64,000 nt of DNA from Octopus sinensis (taxonomy: Eukaryota): positions 1,178,001 through 1,242,000 of the forward strand of contig NC_043013.1 of assembly GCF_006345805.1 (NCBI RefSeq). Reading direction: 5' to 3'. A model generated the notes under the pieces. That model was not told where the DNA came from, searched no databases, and saw only the letters and a program-made list of their open reading frames with translations. Below, in pieces: positions 23,601 to 37,860 of the stretch (position 1 is its first letter; every line of letters starts with the position of its first letter). The position numbers and the translations under genes were made by a program.

Positions 23601-24933
23601 AAATTTCGTAATTATCAAACTAACAGAAATACATAAATTAGTCGCATCTCTGTGAATTAAAATGCGTTTTCTCTTATAGTTCTATACCAATTGTTGGTAA
23701 CATTGCAGTGGATTAAACAAACTCCAGCAAGAACTCTTAAAACACCGAAACTAATTAGTTTGGTACACACAGTGCTACACAGGACTTGTATAGTGTTCAG
23801 ATTTCATTCCACAAACAAGATTATTTTATATTCGTAAATATATTTCAGTAGAACAAATGGTTTTCATTTTGGCCTATCGGTAAAGAAACTGCTGAGTTGT
23901 ATAGCTCAAAGAGATGAGATAACGTACAGCTCATACTTTCATCAGATTAAAATATATATTATACATACATTATATATATAATCTTACATACACACTGAAT
24001 TAAATTTGGAAAATTTAGTGAATGTTGTAGAGAATTTCATTACCGGGGACTAAAGATGTGTGTGTTACTCATTCACTTAACATATGGAAAACAGCAATGA
24101 GTGATTAAATCACAATAATAGAAGGTCTTTTAGTGCTGAATATATTTTACCTTCAGAAAAAAAATGTCAGTGTTAAGGCCTAAGGAATCTACTTGAGAGT
24201 TATTTATAGATTTCTTCATGAAGAAACTTTATGCAACAGAGGTTATTGAGGTAAGATTTGATGACTGCCATTTGCCAAGCATCCTTTATAATATAAACAT
24301 ACATTAACCCTTTCTCCCTGTTAGCTTGGGCTGGATGCAAAAACACTAGCATTCTTATAAGTGTTGGCCATCAACAACAGGGTAAAATGCATTGATGCAG
24401 TTAGCAATGTACATGTGGAGGGCAGTAACTCCAAATGCAAATTCTGATGACCTGTCCAACCCATGCTAGCATGGAAAGCAGACATAAAATGATGAAGGTG
24501 AGTCTGATGATGATTTACTCTTGGGAAAGTCGTCTTTGTCGGTTTTATTTATATTTAAAAAAGAATAAATAAATAAAAACTTGATGTGTGGTTTCTAACT
24601 GGCACTATAAACTGAAAAAACTGCAGAATTCATAAACCTGTTGAGAATTGATTATAGATATTTGTTTGTGTGCAAAAGAAAGTTCATCTCTTCTTGTTTA
24701 AAGGTCTCAGACCATCTGCTTCCATGAGTAGATGACAAACGACTGGCTTAGATTCAACCAATTCGAGCTGACAGACAATAAAAGCTGCAGCTTGTAACGC
24801 CAGGTGAAATCCAGTTGCAATCAGGTGACTGGGGGGGGGGGACACTGTGGAGACTGATATTTATTTTGTTACAGTGAATGTCAAATCATTTTCCTCGATT
24901 ATAAATACAAGCACAGGAACCAATTGACAGGAC

Positions 24934-25107
24934 CGTATCAGGATAATTACCCACAGAGGACAACCTCACCCTGACGACAACTACCCCCCACTTTGTTAAT
25001 TAACCCCCACTTGGTTAATTACCCCTCTCTAATATATTAAGTTTTAAATCATCATCTGTTGTGCTGGGGGGGGGGTATTGTCCATGGGGGGTAAATGTCC
25101 TAGACTC
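24934..25107. mobile_element. Small MITE-like element
   Basis: AGGATAATTACCC...GGGTAAATGTCCT terminal inverted repeats with C-rich and G-rich subterminal blocks. Confidence 0.45.
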
Positions 25108-25719
25108 AACAGGACCCAGATACTTTTACCACAGCCATTGTAAGAGAAGGTAAGTATCTTATTAAACAAGGAGGTAAAGCAGAAAGCCATACAATTCCAA
25201 AAGTTTTAAGGGTTATAATGTTATGTATCCAGTGTCTTAGTCAATAACAGTTACCAGTAAATGGTAAAACTAACAAAATAGGAACCTGAGAAAGTTGTTG
25301 TCTTTAATCCTGGCTACACACACACACACTTGACTTGAAATAATACAGTAGTCAATAACTCTTTAATTGAAGACCACTGATACAGGTGCAACACTTGTTA
25401 CCTGACAGATTCCCCAAAGGACCATTGATTTGTCAACATATCACAGTATTCCAACTCCTTGATTTCTGGCTATTACTACTTTTCAGATACAAGCTAACAA
25501 ACAAGCCTTACATACTCCCTTCACCTACCAATAAAAACAATTTTTAAAAAAAACAACAGGCACAGGCATGGGTATGTGCTAAGAAGCTTGATTCCCAACC
25601 ACCTGGTTCCGGGTTCAGTCCCACTGCATGGCACTTTGGGCAAGTGTCTTCTACTATAGCTTCGGGCCAACCAAAGCCTTCTGAGTGGATTTGGTAGATG
25701 AAAACTGGAAGAAGCCAGT

Positions 25720-26330
25720 TATATATATATATTTTATATATATATATATATGTTAGAAGTATTGGGGGTGATGTACAGATTTAATACATTTGAAAGAAAA
25801 AAGGTGTTCAGAATGCTGGATGGTTGTAAAAAAAGTAAAAGTAGTAAAAATATATTTTATATATATATGTTGATATATGTGGTCGTGTATATATGTATGT
25901 ATGCATATATGTGTGGTTCTATATGTGGGTATGCATGTGTATGTGTATATATGTGTGCGTACATATATATGTTCATATGTGTGTGTGTGTGTGTACATGT
26001 ATGTATGTATGTGCATGTATATTTGTATATGTATGTGTGGGGGTGTGTTTATATATGTATGTGTGTGTGTGTTTGTACACATATTGACATGTGTTTAGGT
26101 GTATATATATATCAAACATTGAATGGTCAACCACCTGTTCTTTTAGAAACCTAAGGGAGTGCCAAGTGAAGAATGGACACATTTTCTTTATATTTTTATT
26201 TTCCTTTTTTTTCCCTTTCTTTCTCATTTTCAAGAACACACAGTACATGTATGTATGAATGTTTATGAAAATGTACACACACAATAGGTTCTTCCATATG
26301 TGTATATATATCTGAGTGTATATATATATA
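25720..26330. repeat. Compound (TA)/(TG) microsatellite region
   Basis: Direct inspection. Confidence 0.85.
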
Positions 26331-26334
26331 TATA

Positions 26335-26692
<358 letters not shown>

Positions 26693-27152
26693 TATATGTG
26701 GGGATATATGTGTGAGTGTACATAGCAACACTCCTACTATTGAAAAACAAACCCTCTTTTTCCTTCTCTCTTTCCATTTCTTACAAGGGTCATCCAAAAA
26801 ATACAAAAAGACCCCAAAAAAAGAAAAAAGAGAAAAATACACAGTTCTAAAACACACACACCCATATTCTCTCTCTTTCACCTTCTCCATCCCTCTCTCT
26901 CCCTATCACTCCCTCTCTCTCTCCTTCTCCCTCCCTCTATTCTCCATTATACACACACACACACTCACTCTCTCTCCCCACTTCATTTACCAATAATATA
27001 AATACAGGCAAAACTTTTAAAACTGACATTTCTGATGAAACTACAGGAGTTGAAAGTGCTAATTTGAAGAAATAATGTGATATGTAAATAGATATATATA
27101 TTTTTACAACCATCCAGCATTCTGAACACCTCTCTTCTTTCATATACATATA

Positions 27153-27203
<51 letters not shown>

Positions 27204-29769
27204 TATTTGTGTGTGTCTCCCTACCATCACTTGACAACCGATGATGGTGTGTTTACATGCCAGTAACTTAGCAGTTTGGCAAAAGAGCCCAAAAGAATAA
27301 GTCCTGGGTCAATTTCTTTAACTAACACCCTTTAAGGCAGTGATCCAGCATGGCCACAGTCAAATGACTAAAACTAGTAAAAAGAATTTTAAAAAAAGAA
27401 GAATGCAGCAAGATCCTCATCAAATCATATCTTAACCATCTTATTTAAGGTAGAGGTAGACTTGATAATGCTGTCCAATACAATCCTTAAAGACAGAGTA
27501 GTGACAGCTGAAGTACATAATTGTGACTTAATCACTTTCTGGCTATGGAAATATTTCCAAGCACTAATTAATATGTTGGTTATACTTTTTTATGAAATAC
27601 TTTAAATAGTGTAACCAACATATCAATTAGTGCTAGAAAATACCAAGGAAAACATAGTTACAATACCCTAAGCTACTAAAACATATTTTCTGAAATGAGG
27701 CAAGGAAATGCATACAACGGTTTGTAAGCTTAGCCAGGGTGGATACTTCAGGGTGCAATGACTAATGCATGGTCCTAAGCTGAAGTCTATATCAAGTCTA
27801 TATGCGTGGGTGGTAATTGGTCTTCAAGTTCTTACCTAATGTTTCAAATGTCAGTGTTGTTAAACATTAATATTTCTGTCAGTGTTTTCTGTTTGTTTAG
27901 ACGTTAACAGCAACTGAAACATTCTCCAATTCAAACACTGGAGTAAAGAGTTTTAAGTGTTTTGCAGATATTGTTAATTACAGAGGGGTTGTCAGCTGCA
28001 GAGTAATTAATATGAAACAGAAGGGTTCACAGTTAATGTATATCATCATGTTTGAATGCAAGATACCAAATTTTAATCAGATAATCACATTTAAAAATAT
28101 TAACTGTGTAAGAGAGAGAGAGAGAGATCAGACGAGCAAGAGAGAAAGACTATGTGAGTGAAGGCGTGTGTATTTGTGAAAATGTTTCCATGAGAGAAAA
28201 TAAGAGTAAAAGATGTGTATTGAAATACACAACATTATGTATTGATAATACAAAAGTATATGTATGAGTGTGAAACTACATACCTATGTTAGAAATCATT
28301 ATTTAGGAATTGTTTTAGTTATTGATTTAAGGTACTGAAAGATTGAAAAACGAGGAACAAGAGGGTTTCTATCAAGGTGCTATAATTGCTAACGAGCTAG
28401 TTACACTGAAAACACTTTGGTGTCAGCTTCATGTGAATATATTTAAAAAAAGTGACATTGATCAGTTGAATAATATCAATGGGGAGCTGACAAAATATTC
28501 TGAGTGACTCAAAGTGTTATTAACAAGTAAATGGCTTGATCGGTTAACACCTGAAGTAAAAATGCCTGCTTACGTCCAGTTAAAAAGAAGTCAATAAAAT
28601 AAATATATTGACCATATAGAATTTGGTAGATGGAAACTGTACAGAAGACCTCTGTATGTGTGTGTGTGTAGGTGCAAGTAAAAAAAAAAACATCCAAAGT
28701 AATCTAGGTGGTAATCCAGTGTAAAGTTCCAAGTTGGAGTTCCAACATTAAACCCAGAGGATGTCCAATGTCTGGATGTCCTTCAGTGTATTGGGTGCAT
28801 TTTCTTATACCACCAAGGTGAAGGGACTCAATGACCTAAGGGGTGTAGATCAAAGAGGGGAGGAGGAGAAGAGAAAGGACGACATCAGAATGGAGTGGAA
28901 GTGTAGTAAGACAGTTCTCAATAACCTGGGGTGTATGCATTTTCTAAGGTAATATAAGAGGGGTGGGGAAGTGAAGAGAGAAGGAGCAAGACATCGGAAG
29001 GACCAGGAAGAGTGAGAAGATGAAAGGGGTAAGAGTAGGATGGGAAGTATGAAGGGAAAAGGGGGCGGGATTGTTTGGGAGTGGAGTTAGTAAAGGAGTA
29101 ACTGGTAATAGCAGAAGGAAAAAAAGATAAAGGTGAGTGATGAGATAAATGTAAGACTGGGGGAGGATGCAATAGAGTGGGCCCAGGGAAAGGAGTGGGG
29201 TGCTGGTTGGGCAGTTTGTGTGGGATGGGAGGCATGGCTGCATGGTTAAGACATTTGCTTCCTAACCACATGGTTTCAGTATCGTCCCACTGAGCAATAC
29301 TTTGACCAAAGCCTTACTATGGATTTGGTAGATAAAGAAAAAGTCTAGTGGACATGTGTGGATGTGCATACACACACAAGACCAGAAACAGGGTGTGCTG
29401 AAAATTAAAGCAATATTTCATACAATGAATAGGCTATATTTAATACTGGGTTTACAAATAAAGCAGAAATATGAAATAGAAGTATTACAGAAGTCTAAAA
29501 ACAGAGAGAGAGAGTGATTGGTTCTATGGAAGAACTATATTTTTAGCAAATTAGAGGGATTTTATTGCATGATGTTCAGGCAGAGAGAAATCAAAGAGAA
29601 TAGTGATAGTGTCTTGGTGCTGCTAAGAAGACCAGGATGTCATATTCTCATTAGAGGATGTTTGTTGGAGTTAATGGAAGTAGTACCTAGCATGGTGTCT
29701 AAGTTGCTCAATTATGTGTGTGCAAAGGGTTAATGGCAAATTAGTAAGTGACAGACTAGCTGCGTTAAG

Positions 29770-30175
29770 AGAGCTTAACCTTGTCACATAATGTCATATT
29801 GATTTTGTGAAAAGCACCTTTCACGCGTTGGGCCTCACAGAGGCAAAGTGGCAGAGCTCCTTTTGAGTGTTGGACCTCACAGAGGCAATGACCAAGACCT
29901 TTGGCATTATGCTGTGCTTGAGAAGACCCATCAAGCCAAGCAAAACTGCAGTCGTGGAAGATACCAGTGTCATGCAAATGGCACCCATGCCAATGGCACG
30001 TAAAAGCACCCATTGCACTTTCAGAGTGGTTGGCATTAGGAAGAGCATCCAGTCGTAGAAACCATACCACATCAGACTGGAATCTGGTGCAGCCTTCCAG
30101 CTTGCCAGCCCTGGTCAAACCATCCAACCTATGCCAGCCTGGACAACGGATGCTAAATGATGGTGAAGATGATTA
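29770..30175 (+). mobile_element. RTE LINE 3' end
   Basis: Homologous to 19335-19686. Ends GGATGCTAAATGATGGTGAAGATGAT. Confidence 0.75.
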
Positions 30176-32312
30176 CCTAAAAGGTACCCATGTGAATGGA
30201 ATAATGAGCTGTTTAGACTACAATTTAATAGAAAAAGGAAGGTTGGTTCATAGAACGAATGCAACCCACACACACTGAAACTGACATAAGATTATACCAT
30301 TATCAACAGCAAGTTCATAAATATACGGGAAGCAATGTAGAGAGGTACTAGGACAGATAAAATGTGACAGAAAATGAACACAATTTGCATTGCAGCAAAC
30401 TTACAAGAAACCTCTAAACCAAATGAAGAGAGGGATGAAGCCCACAGAGTACACAAGCTAAATAAGGTTGAAAGGCAACAACATTGCTTTTATAGAACTA
30501 CTTGCTGAATTCATTGGATTTGATGAATAGGTGAAAGATTTTGCAATTTGGCAACAGTGTGTGTGTGTGTGTGTGTGTTATGGTGAGCCAAGTGGAGTGG
30601 AGAAAGAGTTTGGGGTGAATTCTGTGTATCTAATAAGAAGCATGGAGCAAATGTGATGGTTTTACAAATAGGAATGTGTAGCAGGGGTGGTAGGAGGATT
30701 CTGTAAGGTTAGTGAAGGTAATCACAGTAAGAGACAAGCTCTTTTAAAATTTGGAAAGATCAATGTGTACTTGTTTGTTTATTTTTTTTAAGATGAGAGG
30801 ATGTGATATGAAATTCAGCTGCTATTCCTGGCAGGTCAAGTAACTGCAGAAATTTAGAGAAATCAGGAAGTATTACTTTGAGCCAGAGTAACTGGAATGT
30901 TTTGTTGGCCGATAGATTGTAATTTGGGCAAGAGAGAGGAGTTAAAAATGAAAGATGAGAAGCCTGTGGTTTGCATATTACTAAATAGTGGTGGGTAAGA
31001 TTACAGTTGGACAGAAGTCTGCAGGAGTTGTGTAGGGAAGGAGAATTCTTCAGTAGTTTTTTGATACAATGATTCTGGAGTGAATTTTTGGTTGAGAAAA
31101 AGGAAGAAATCATAACCCACCAAGTTGTCTCTAACCTGTATGCAGATCTCAGTGAATAGCCTAGTTGAGAATCAGGTCCCAGCTGGACCACTCAAAAACT
31201 CTGTGCTAGTTGGGAAAGGCACCGGTCATAAATTGAAGTGGAAAGTATCAGATTAAACACTAGGATTTGAGAAGACTGGATTATCTGGTAGCAAGCTTTT
31301 ACTTGAAACTTTTTTGTTTTCTCTGTCAGTACTGTTCAACACTCAGAAGTCTTTCACAAGCTCAGATGTAATTGTAAGTAACACGTTGAGAAGATTGCCT
31401 TCTTCAGTCTGAGGGACCAAATACTTGCATCCGACAAAGAAGAAAAAAGTGAGGTGGCCAATTAGTGAGTGTATAGTGATAATAGTAAAGAATTCACTAT
31501 TGAAAAGTAATGGTCTTTAAAAGGCCCAACATCCTGAGATCAATCCTACAATTTCTTCCTTATCTTCCTCTTCGACGAGTGCCTTTCTCGTCACTCATGT
31601 TCCATTTGCATTACATACCTAAACCAGCACAGGGTCCCTCTTCTACATTGCCCAACACTGTTTATGTCCTGTTATTATCTCAGTTTACTGGGTTCTGCTT
31701 CTCATACAAATTACCATTACAAATCTAACAGATGAGGTTTTGCTTTATGTTTCCAGTCTCTACAGACCTTCTATAATCAATACGCTTGACTCATAACCAC
31801 ACAGCATAATGATTATACACAATTCATAGAGTCAGACCTTTTATACAGTTGAACCAACAACCTCCTAAACCACTAATTTACTTTAGCACCAATGCTTTTA
31901 CCACAGTCCTCCTGCAACTTAGGCATCACATCAACACCCCCGCAAAACCCCAAGAGAAATAACATCATAACACCAACACATACGGCCTTATGTCTACAAA
32001 TTACAACAGAAATTCAGACTAATACAGAGGCTACATGACAAGTTAAAAAGAAAAACCTCCCATACAACCCAGACATTTTAACAAGTGCCAACATCAGCAA
32101 AGCTTTCATCAGCATTATTTACTATCCACTTGTACACAACATATTCAAGATCTTAATAAAATGCTGGCTAATAAACTTCTTGTTAGTTTGCCAAGTGTAT
32201 GTATTATACAAGAACAACACTTCCAGAACTGGTAATTTCCTCGAAAGGAATACTACATGGGTTCATCTTCTCATCCAGTCTTTTCAACCTTTCCTCACCT
32301 CCTCAAAACATA

Positions 32313-32843
32313 TGAGGGTGAGTCAAAACGTAATGCCATTTTATTTAGGACAGGTATAATTACCAACACAGGAACATGTATCATACATCAAAATGAAGCT
32401 GGTCCTCTGTGGATCACATCCCTACTTCTTATTCTCTCAATAGCAATGTTCCACCTTCAAATGAGAGTATGTATCTCTATCCCATAAAATTCTGTTAACT
32501 GTTCTTTGAGCCACTTCTTCACTACAGTTTTCACTCCCTTGTCACTGGAATAATGTTTGCCTCTCAAACCCTTTCATGAGGCCAAAGAGATGATAGTCCA
32601 GTGACAATGATAGTTCAGTGATGAAGAAGTGGCTCAAAGAACAGTCAACAGAATTTTACGGGGCAGGGAAGCATGCTCTCATTTGAAGGTGGAACATTGC
32701 TATTGAGAGAAATGGTGACTATGTTGAGAAGTAGGCATGTAATTCACAGAGGACCAGCTTCATTTTGATGTATGATACATGTTCCTGTGTTGGTAATTAT
32801 ACCTGTCCTAAACAAAATGGCATTACTTTTTCACTCACCCCTG
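32313..32843. mobile_element. Second copy of the palindromic mariner derivative, opposite orientation
   Basis: TA|TGAGGGTGAGTCAAAACG...TTTTCACTCACCCC. Has the same central junction as the 18565 copy in reverse complement. Confidence 0.88.
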
Positions 32844-33241
32844 AAGATAACTTCATACACAAATCACACCACACTGACATTCTCCCACCATTCCACAACC
32901 ACTGCAACCCGATATCTATCATGTAGAAATCTAGTTCCAAAACAAGATTTAAAGTAGTCCCCTCCAAATCCACCATGTCCCTTCTTTTTTATAACTCCAG
33001 AGAAAACCAAATACAACCATTCATCACTTTTTAAAATACACAAAAAACAAAAATCTAAAACATTACAACTTCACAACACAAACAAAACAATGCATCAAGA
33101 CATTCAGAACTCTTGCAAAAGACACATTTGGCCAACAGAAGGAACAATGACAATGTATAAGCAACATGTGTAGTCCTGCCACAGGAAAAGAAATATTCAC
33201 CTTTGAAACACTAATATATATATATATAGGCGCAATATATA

Positions 33242-33543
33242 TGGAGGTGCAATAGCCCAGTGGTTAGGGCGGCAGACTCGCAGTCGTAGGATCGCAGTTT
33301 CGATTCCCAGACCGGGTGTTGTGAGTGTTTATTGAGCGAAAACACGTAAAGCTCCACGAGGCTCCAGCAGAGGGTGGTGGCGATCCCTGCTGTACTCTTT
33401 CGCCACAACTTTCTCTCACTCTTTCTTCTGTTGGCCTGCTCGCTTAGCCATCGGGGTGGTGTTATTTAAAGGCTAAAACAATGCGAAGCGCATTGTGACC
33501 AGCGATGTGTAGCAACATCTGATAGCCTGGCCGGTCACGGTGA
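33242..33543 (+). mobile_element. tRNA-derived SINE family B, full length
   Basis: A box TAGCCCAGTGG, B-box-like GTTTCGATTCC. Flanked by (TA)n. Confidence 0.88.
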
Positions 33544-35985
33544 TATATATATATACACACACACAGACACCATCCCAGAACACTAACTACTAAAACAGCC
33601 CTCTTAAAATACTCTGAGACTGCCAAGATAAACAGAAGAAACACATACACACAGGAACTGCCACAACATCAACAGTGCTGAGGAAGAGCAAAATCTGTGC
33701 TGAAGAACAGAAACTGAGTGAATCCACTGGCAGAGTTTGTGAACATACAGAAACAGACTGGAGAGTAGAAAGAATGCAACATGTCCAGATTGTTATATTC
33801 CACCAGATAAAATTCATCACTGCACATCTGAATGTTCAGGCAGGGTATAATTGGGTAAAACAACCCATGCCAGCATAGAAAGCAGATGTTAAATGATGAT
33901 GATGCAGGCTATGTTGGTGTCATAACCCTGCTGGATCAGAGCTAACTTGGAATTACACAAACAACAATCAATGGTAGGTGAAATTTGGTGGACAGGAACT
34001 GCAGAAGCTTGTCAGAGGGAGTGTTCTTCTTGTCTTGGGTGGTGGACTATCAACAAGTTGACCACTACCATAATACCTTTAAGTATCTTTAGCAGGGTTC
34101 ACTCTGTTGTAAGAATTTAGGCTATGTCTCTGATCTAATGATAACTTGCTACCTTTATCCAACTAATCTCTGATACCCTAAAAATGGTTACAGGTGTTGC
34201 CCTCACTCCTCTGATCAAACCTTAAAAAAATAATGAAGTTTGGTGAATAGTTTACGGAGTTCATTTTTGGGTGGCTCTTACTGCTAAACTACTCATATGC
34301 TCCTGCCTGAAAGGCTTTCCAATTGTGGCAATATATATATATATATATTTTAAAAACTATTTTTAAAACAGTAGAATGTAATATAAGGAAATGCGGTTGT
34401 TATTTTTCAGATTGAGCAACTACATACCAAGGTCCTTTATCGGCTTGTGATGTTTACTATGTACTATGGGGTGTGAATACGTTAGATATGACCAAATGGG
34501 TAAGCACTGTTCTTGCATGTAAGAGCAGCATGTTGAAAATCTTTGGCAACACTGAGAGATTAAACTAATCTGTGCACAAGTGATTAGTGGCATTCAGGTG
34601 GAAGTAGGACAAGTTATATGAAGAATAAATTCAGAGAGGTTGTTCTCTACACTTGTCTAATATATGTCACACAGAAAAAAAAACAGTAATTATCATGTCT
34701 AGTAATTGCAGAATGTGTAAATGACAAAAGTTCAAAAGTACATTATGGTATCTAAAAATAATACATATTTGTTTTAATAATAACGTTTAATATTTCATAT
34801 AGTCAGTTATGATCTTAAATTAACTCAGTAGAAATTACTTTAAAACTGGCAATGTACTATATTAAACATTTGCAATTTAATTCAGTAAAGTTGTAATTAA
34901 AGAAGTAATTGAAATGATTATCTCATTTGACCTAAATTCAGAATAACTACTAAACTACAGTAGTCTTGAACCACTCTAGTTTGTCAGAGCTAAAACCCGA
35001 CTAAAAGGAAAAGAGAAAAGTATATAGAAAGGAAGACTATTCAACAGGCATTTAGAAGATATTCTGTTAATATCTTTATTTTCCAAGTGATACGGGAGGA
35101 AGAAATTAAAAAGGAGTCCCAAGGGTTATCCCCTTGGTGAAAACCAACATTCTCAAATTTAACATCACTTCCTTCTAGATTTTATTTGTTGTACGCTCCC
35201 TGTAACTAACAGGTTCACAAAGGGTTTTTTTTTTTATCTGTTTGTTCCCCCCCCCCTCACTCAGCAACATCAAATCGGTTTGCAGGAGAGATGAATCAGC
35301 TCATTGATCTTTCTTGTAAACATCAGTGAACACCTTCAATAACCAGCTACAATCGACTCACTTTACCTCAGCCTTTTATGCAAATTTATGCAGCACACCC
35401 AGCAGATCATACACAGTTTGGGCTTGTCCAGCTGCTGTAGACCATCACCTATTCTTTAGCCGGAGACAAAAACATTTATTGCCAACATCAGTTGCCTAGA
35501 CTTCCATTCGATCGGTACTCTGGTTATTAAACATTTACTGCGACTACTTCCAATGTTAATTAAAATAAGTTCATTAAGATATGTTTAAAATTAAATGCAC
35601 ATGCATTCAAAATTACAACTGACAAGCTACTATGAAATGTAAATCCTGTAAACTGACTAATTATCCAACAGTTACTACACATAACACAGCAAGCTTTTTA
35701 ATGACTCATCCTAAACATTTAAAATAATATAATTTCATTACAGAAAAAGTATTTGATTTTTCAGCAGCAATTTTTCAAAACACACATTTACAAGTTGGGA
35801 GGCATTTCTCATATATTCAACCTTCAATTTACATTCTAAAAATTAACTTCAATCCCCTTTTTTTTTTTTTGCTGAAAAATACAAATGATATATTCTATCA
35901 TAGTAAACATCTACAATTTACTTATGAAAATATGCAAATTTTAAAACATATTTTCAATGATGCTCAATAAATAAATATTAGCATA

Positions 35986-36370
35986 GGTGTAGGAGTGACT
36001 GTGGTAAATAGTTTGCTTACCAACCACATGGTTCTGGGTTCAGTCCCACTTCATGACACCTTGGGCAAGTGTTTTCTACTATAGCCTCAGGCCGACCAAA
36101 GCCTTGTGAGTGGATTTGGTAGACAGAAACTCAAAGAAGCCCGTCGTATATATATATGTGTGTGTGTGTGTGTGTATGTTTGTCCCCCCCAACATCGCTT
36201 GACAACCGATGCTAGTGTGTTTACGTCCCTGTAACTTAGCGGTTCAACAAAAGAGACCGATAGAATAAGTACTGGTCTTACAAAGAATAAGTCCTGGGGT
36301 CGATTTGCTCGACTAAAGATGTTGCTCCAGCATGGCCACAGTCAAATGACTGAAACATGTAAAAGAGTAA
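35986..36370 (+). mobile_element. SINE family A, full length
   Basis: Head, (TA)(TG)n middle and tail all match 56559-56950. Confidence 0.88.
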
Positions 36371-37569
36371 GTGTATATTCTGCATTTATACATTTCTAAG
36401 ATTCTAGACTAATACAGAAAACTAGGGAGAATGTATTAAATCCAACGATGGTCTAAGGAAATGATCAAAGGCTCTTAACTTGGGATTTCATTCAAATACA
36501 CTTTTCACACAATGACTAAATACGTTAAGGAAGAACAAAAATGAAATTTTTTTCCATAAAGTATTTTCCATTAAAGCCAATTTTTGAAGAGGAGAGATAC
36601 ATTTGCTAGGAAGTATCTACTTGTACTAAAGCATCTGGTACAGGACTGTCTGTATTCAAAGCACAATAGAGCTATGAAGTGGTTTCTCCATGTGCTAGAA
36701 ACTGCAGCCAAATTAGCCACATATTATACTCTATGAGCTTCATAAAAGACATTGGAAAATGAATGTAATCCTAGACATACTGACTAAAAAAAATCTAGAT
36801 GGTCACTGCTGGAGCACCTTCGATACCAAGGTCTAATTGATCATCCAGGATTAAGTTTAGATAAAAACTGTTCAGCATTTTCCACTGCAAATGAATTAAA
36901 ATTTTAAAACCTTAAATAAATGCAATGACTACCATTATCAAATGAATTTATCCATCCTTAATACCACCAGAGATACCATCTTTCACATTAAAAATAGCAG
37001 AATCACAATAATAATAAAAAACACAAAAGAGACTGTTAGGACTGTTTTCATTTAAAATATTTAGACCTTGTTTCGTCAAAAATACTGCTGAAACCAGATT
37101 TCCACTATTTCGTTATGTGATGGTAAGGAAATACAGCAAACTACTACAAAGATGTGGAGATAAAGTTGAAGAGGACTTCAAATAGCTGTGAGTCATAGTT
37201 TCTAGTTGATGGAATACCTACTGTAATCAGTGAACTGGGGAAGATATACACCAGCAGTGGAGTGATACAACTTAGCTTATTAAATTAACCCAGCTAGGCT
37301 GATAAAACATTGCCATATGATACGCTTGTCACCTTCAAGCAATAAGATAGAAGAGAGAAAAAAATATATATTAAAGGAGCTTGAAAGGAGTAAAAGTATA
37401 TGGAAAACATTCAACTTCTTTATATCCGATTTTAATGCTGCTTCTATCTTGTGAATATTTCATTTAAAAAAAAAGAAGTACAGGATGAAAAGAGGAAACA
37501 AACCAACACCTAATGATTTATTCAAGACAAGTAAAACCTTAATACTGATTAAATGCTGAGTATCTTTTT

Positions 37570-37860
37570 ATGTTTGTCTTGTTTCAGTCGTTAGACTATG
37601 GCCATGCTAGAGCACTGCTTTGAAGAATTTTAACCAAACAAACCCAGTACATATTCTATTAGTCTGTTTTGCCAAACTGCTAAGTTCAGGGATGTAAACA
37701 CACCAACACTGGTTGTCAAGCAGTAGGAGAAAGAAGTTAAACACACACACATGGCTGGCTTTTCACAGTTTCCGTCTACTAAATCCACTCATAAGGCTTT
37801 GGTTGGCCCAAGGTTATGTGTTTAGGAAGCAAACTTCTTACCACACAGCCACGCCTGTGG
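37570..37860 (-). mobile_element. SINE family A
   Basis: Reverse-complement tail and head modules. Confidence 0.7.

Noticed and set aside
27826-27990. Minus-strand donor AG|GTAAGA with an upstream CAG acceptor as a possible cassette exon
   Set aside because: The frame checked has an early stop, there is no CLASP similarity, and such site pairs are expected by chance in a 40-kb intron.
30760-31191. 143-aa minus-strand ORF in a strand-skewed region (about 28700-31450)
   Set aside because: No identifiable motif. Probably decayed retroelement sequence, but I could not assign it.
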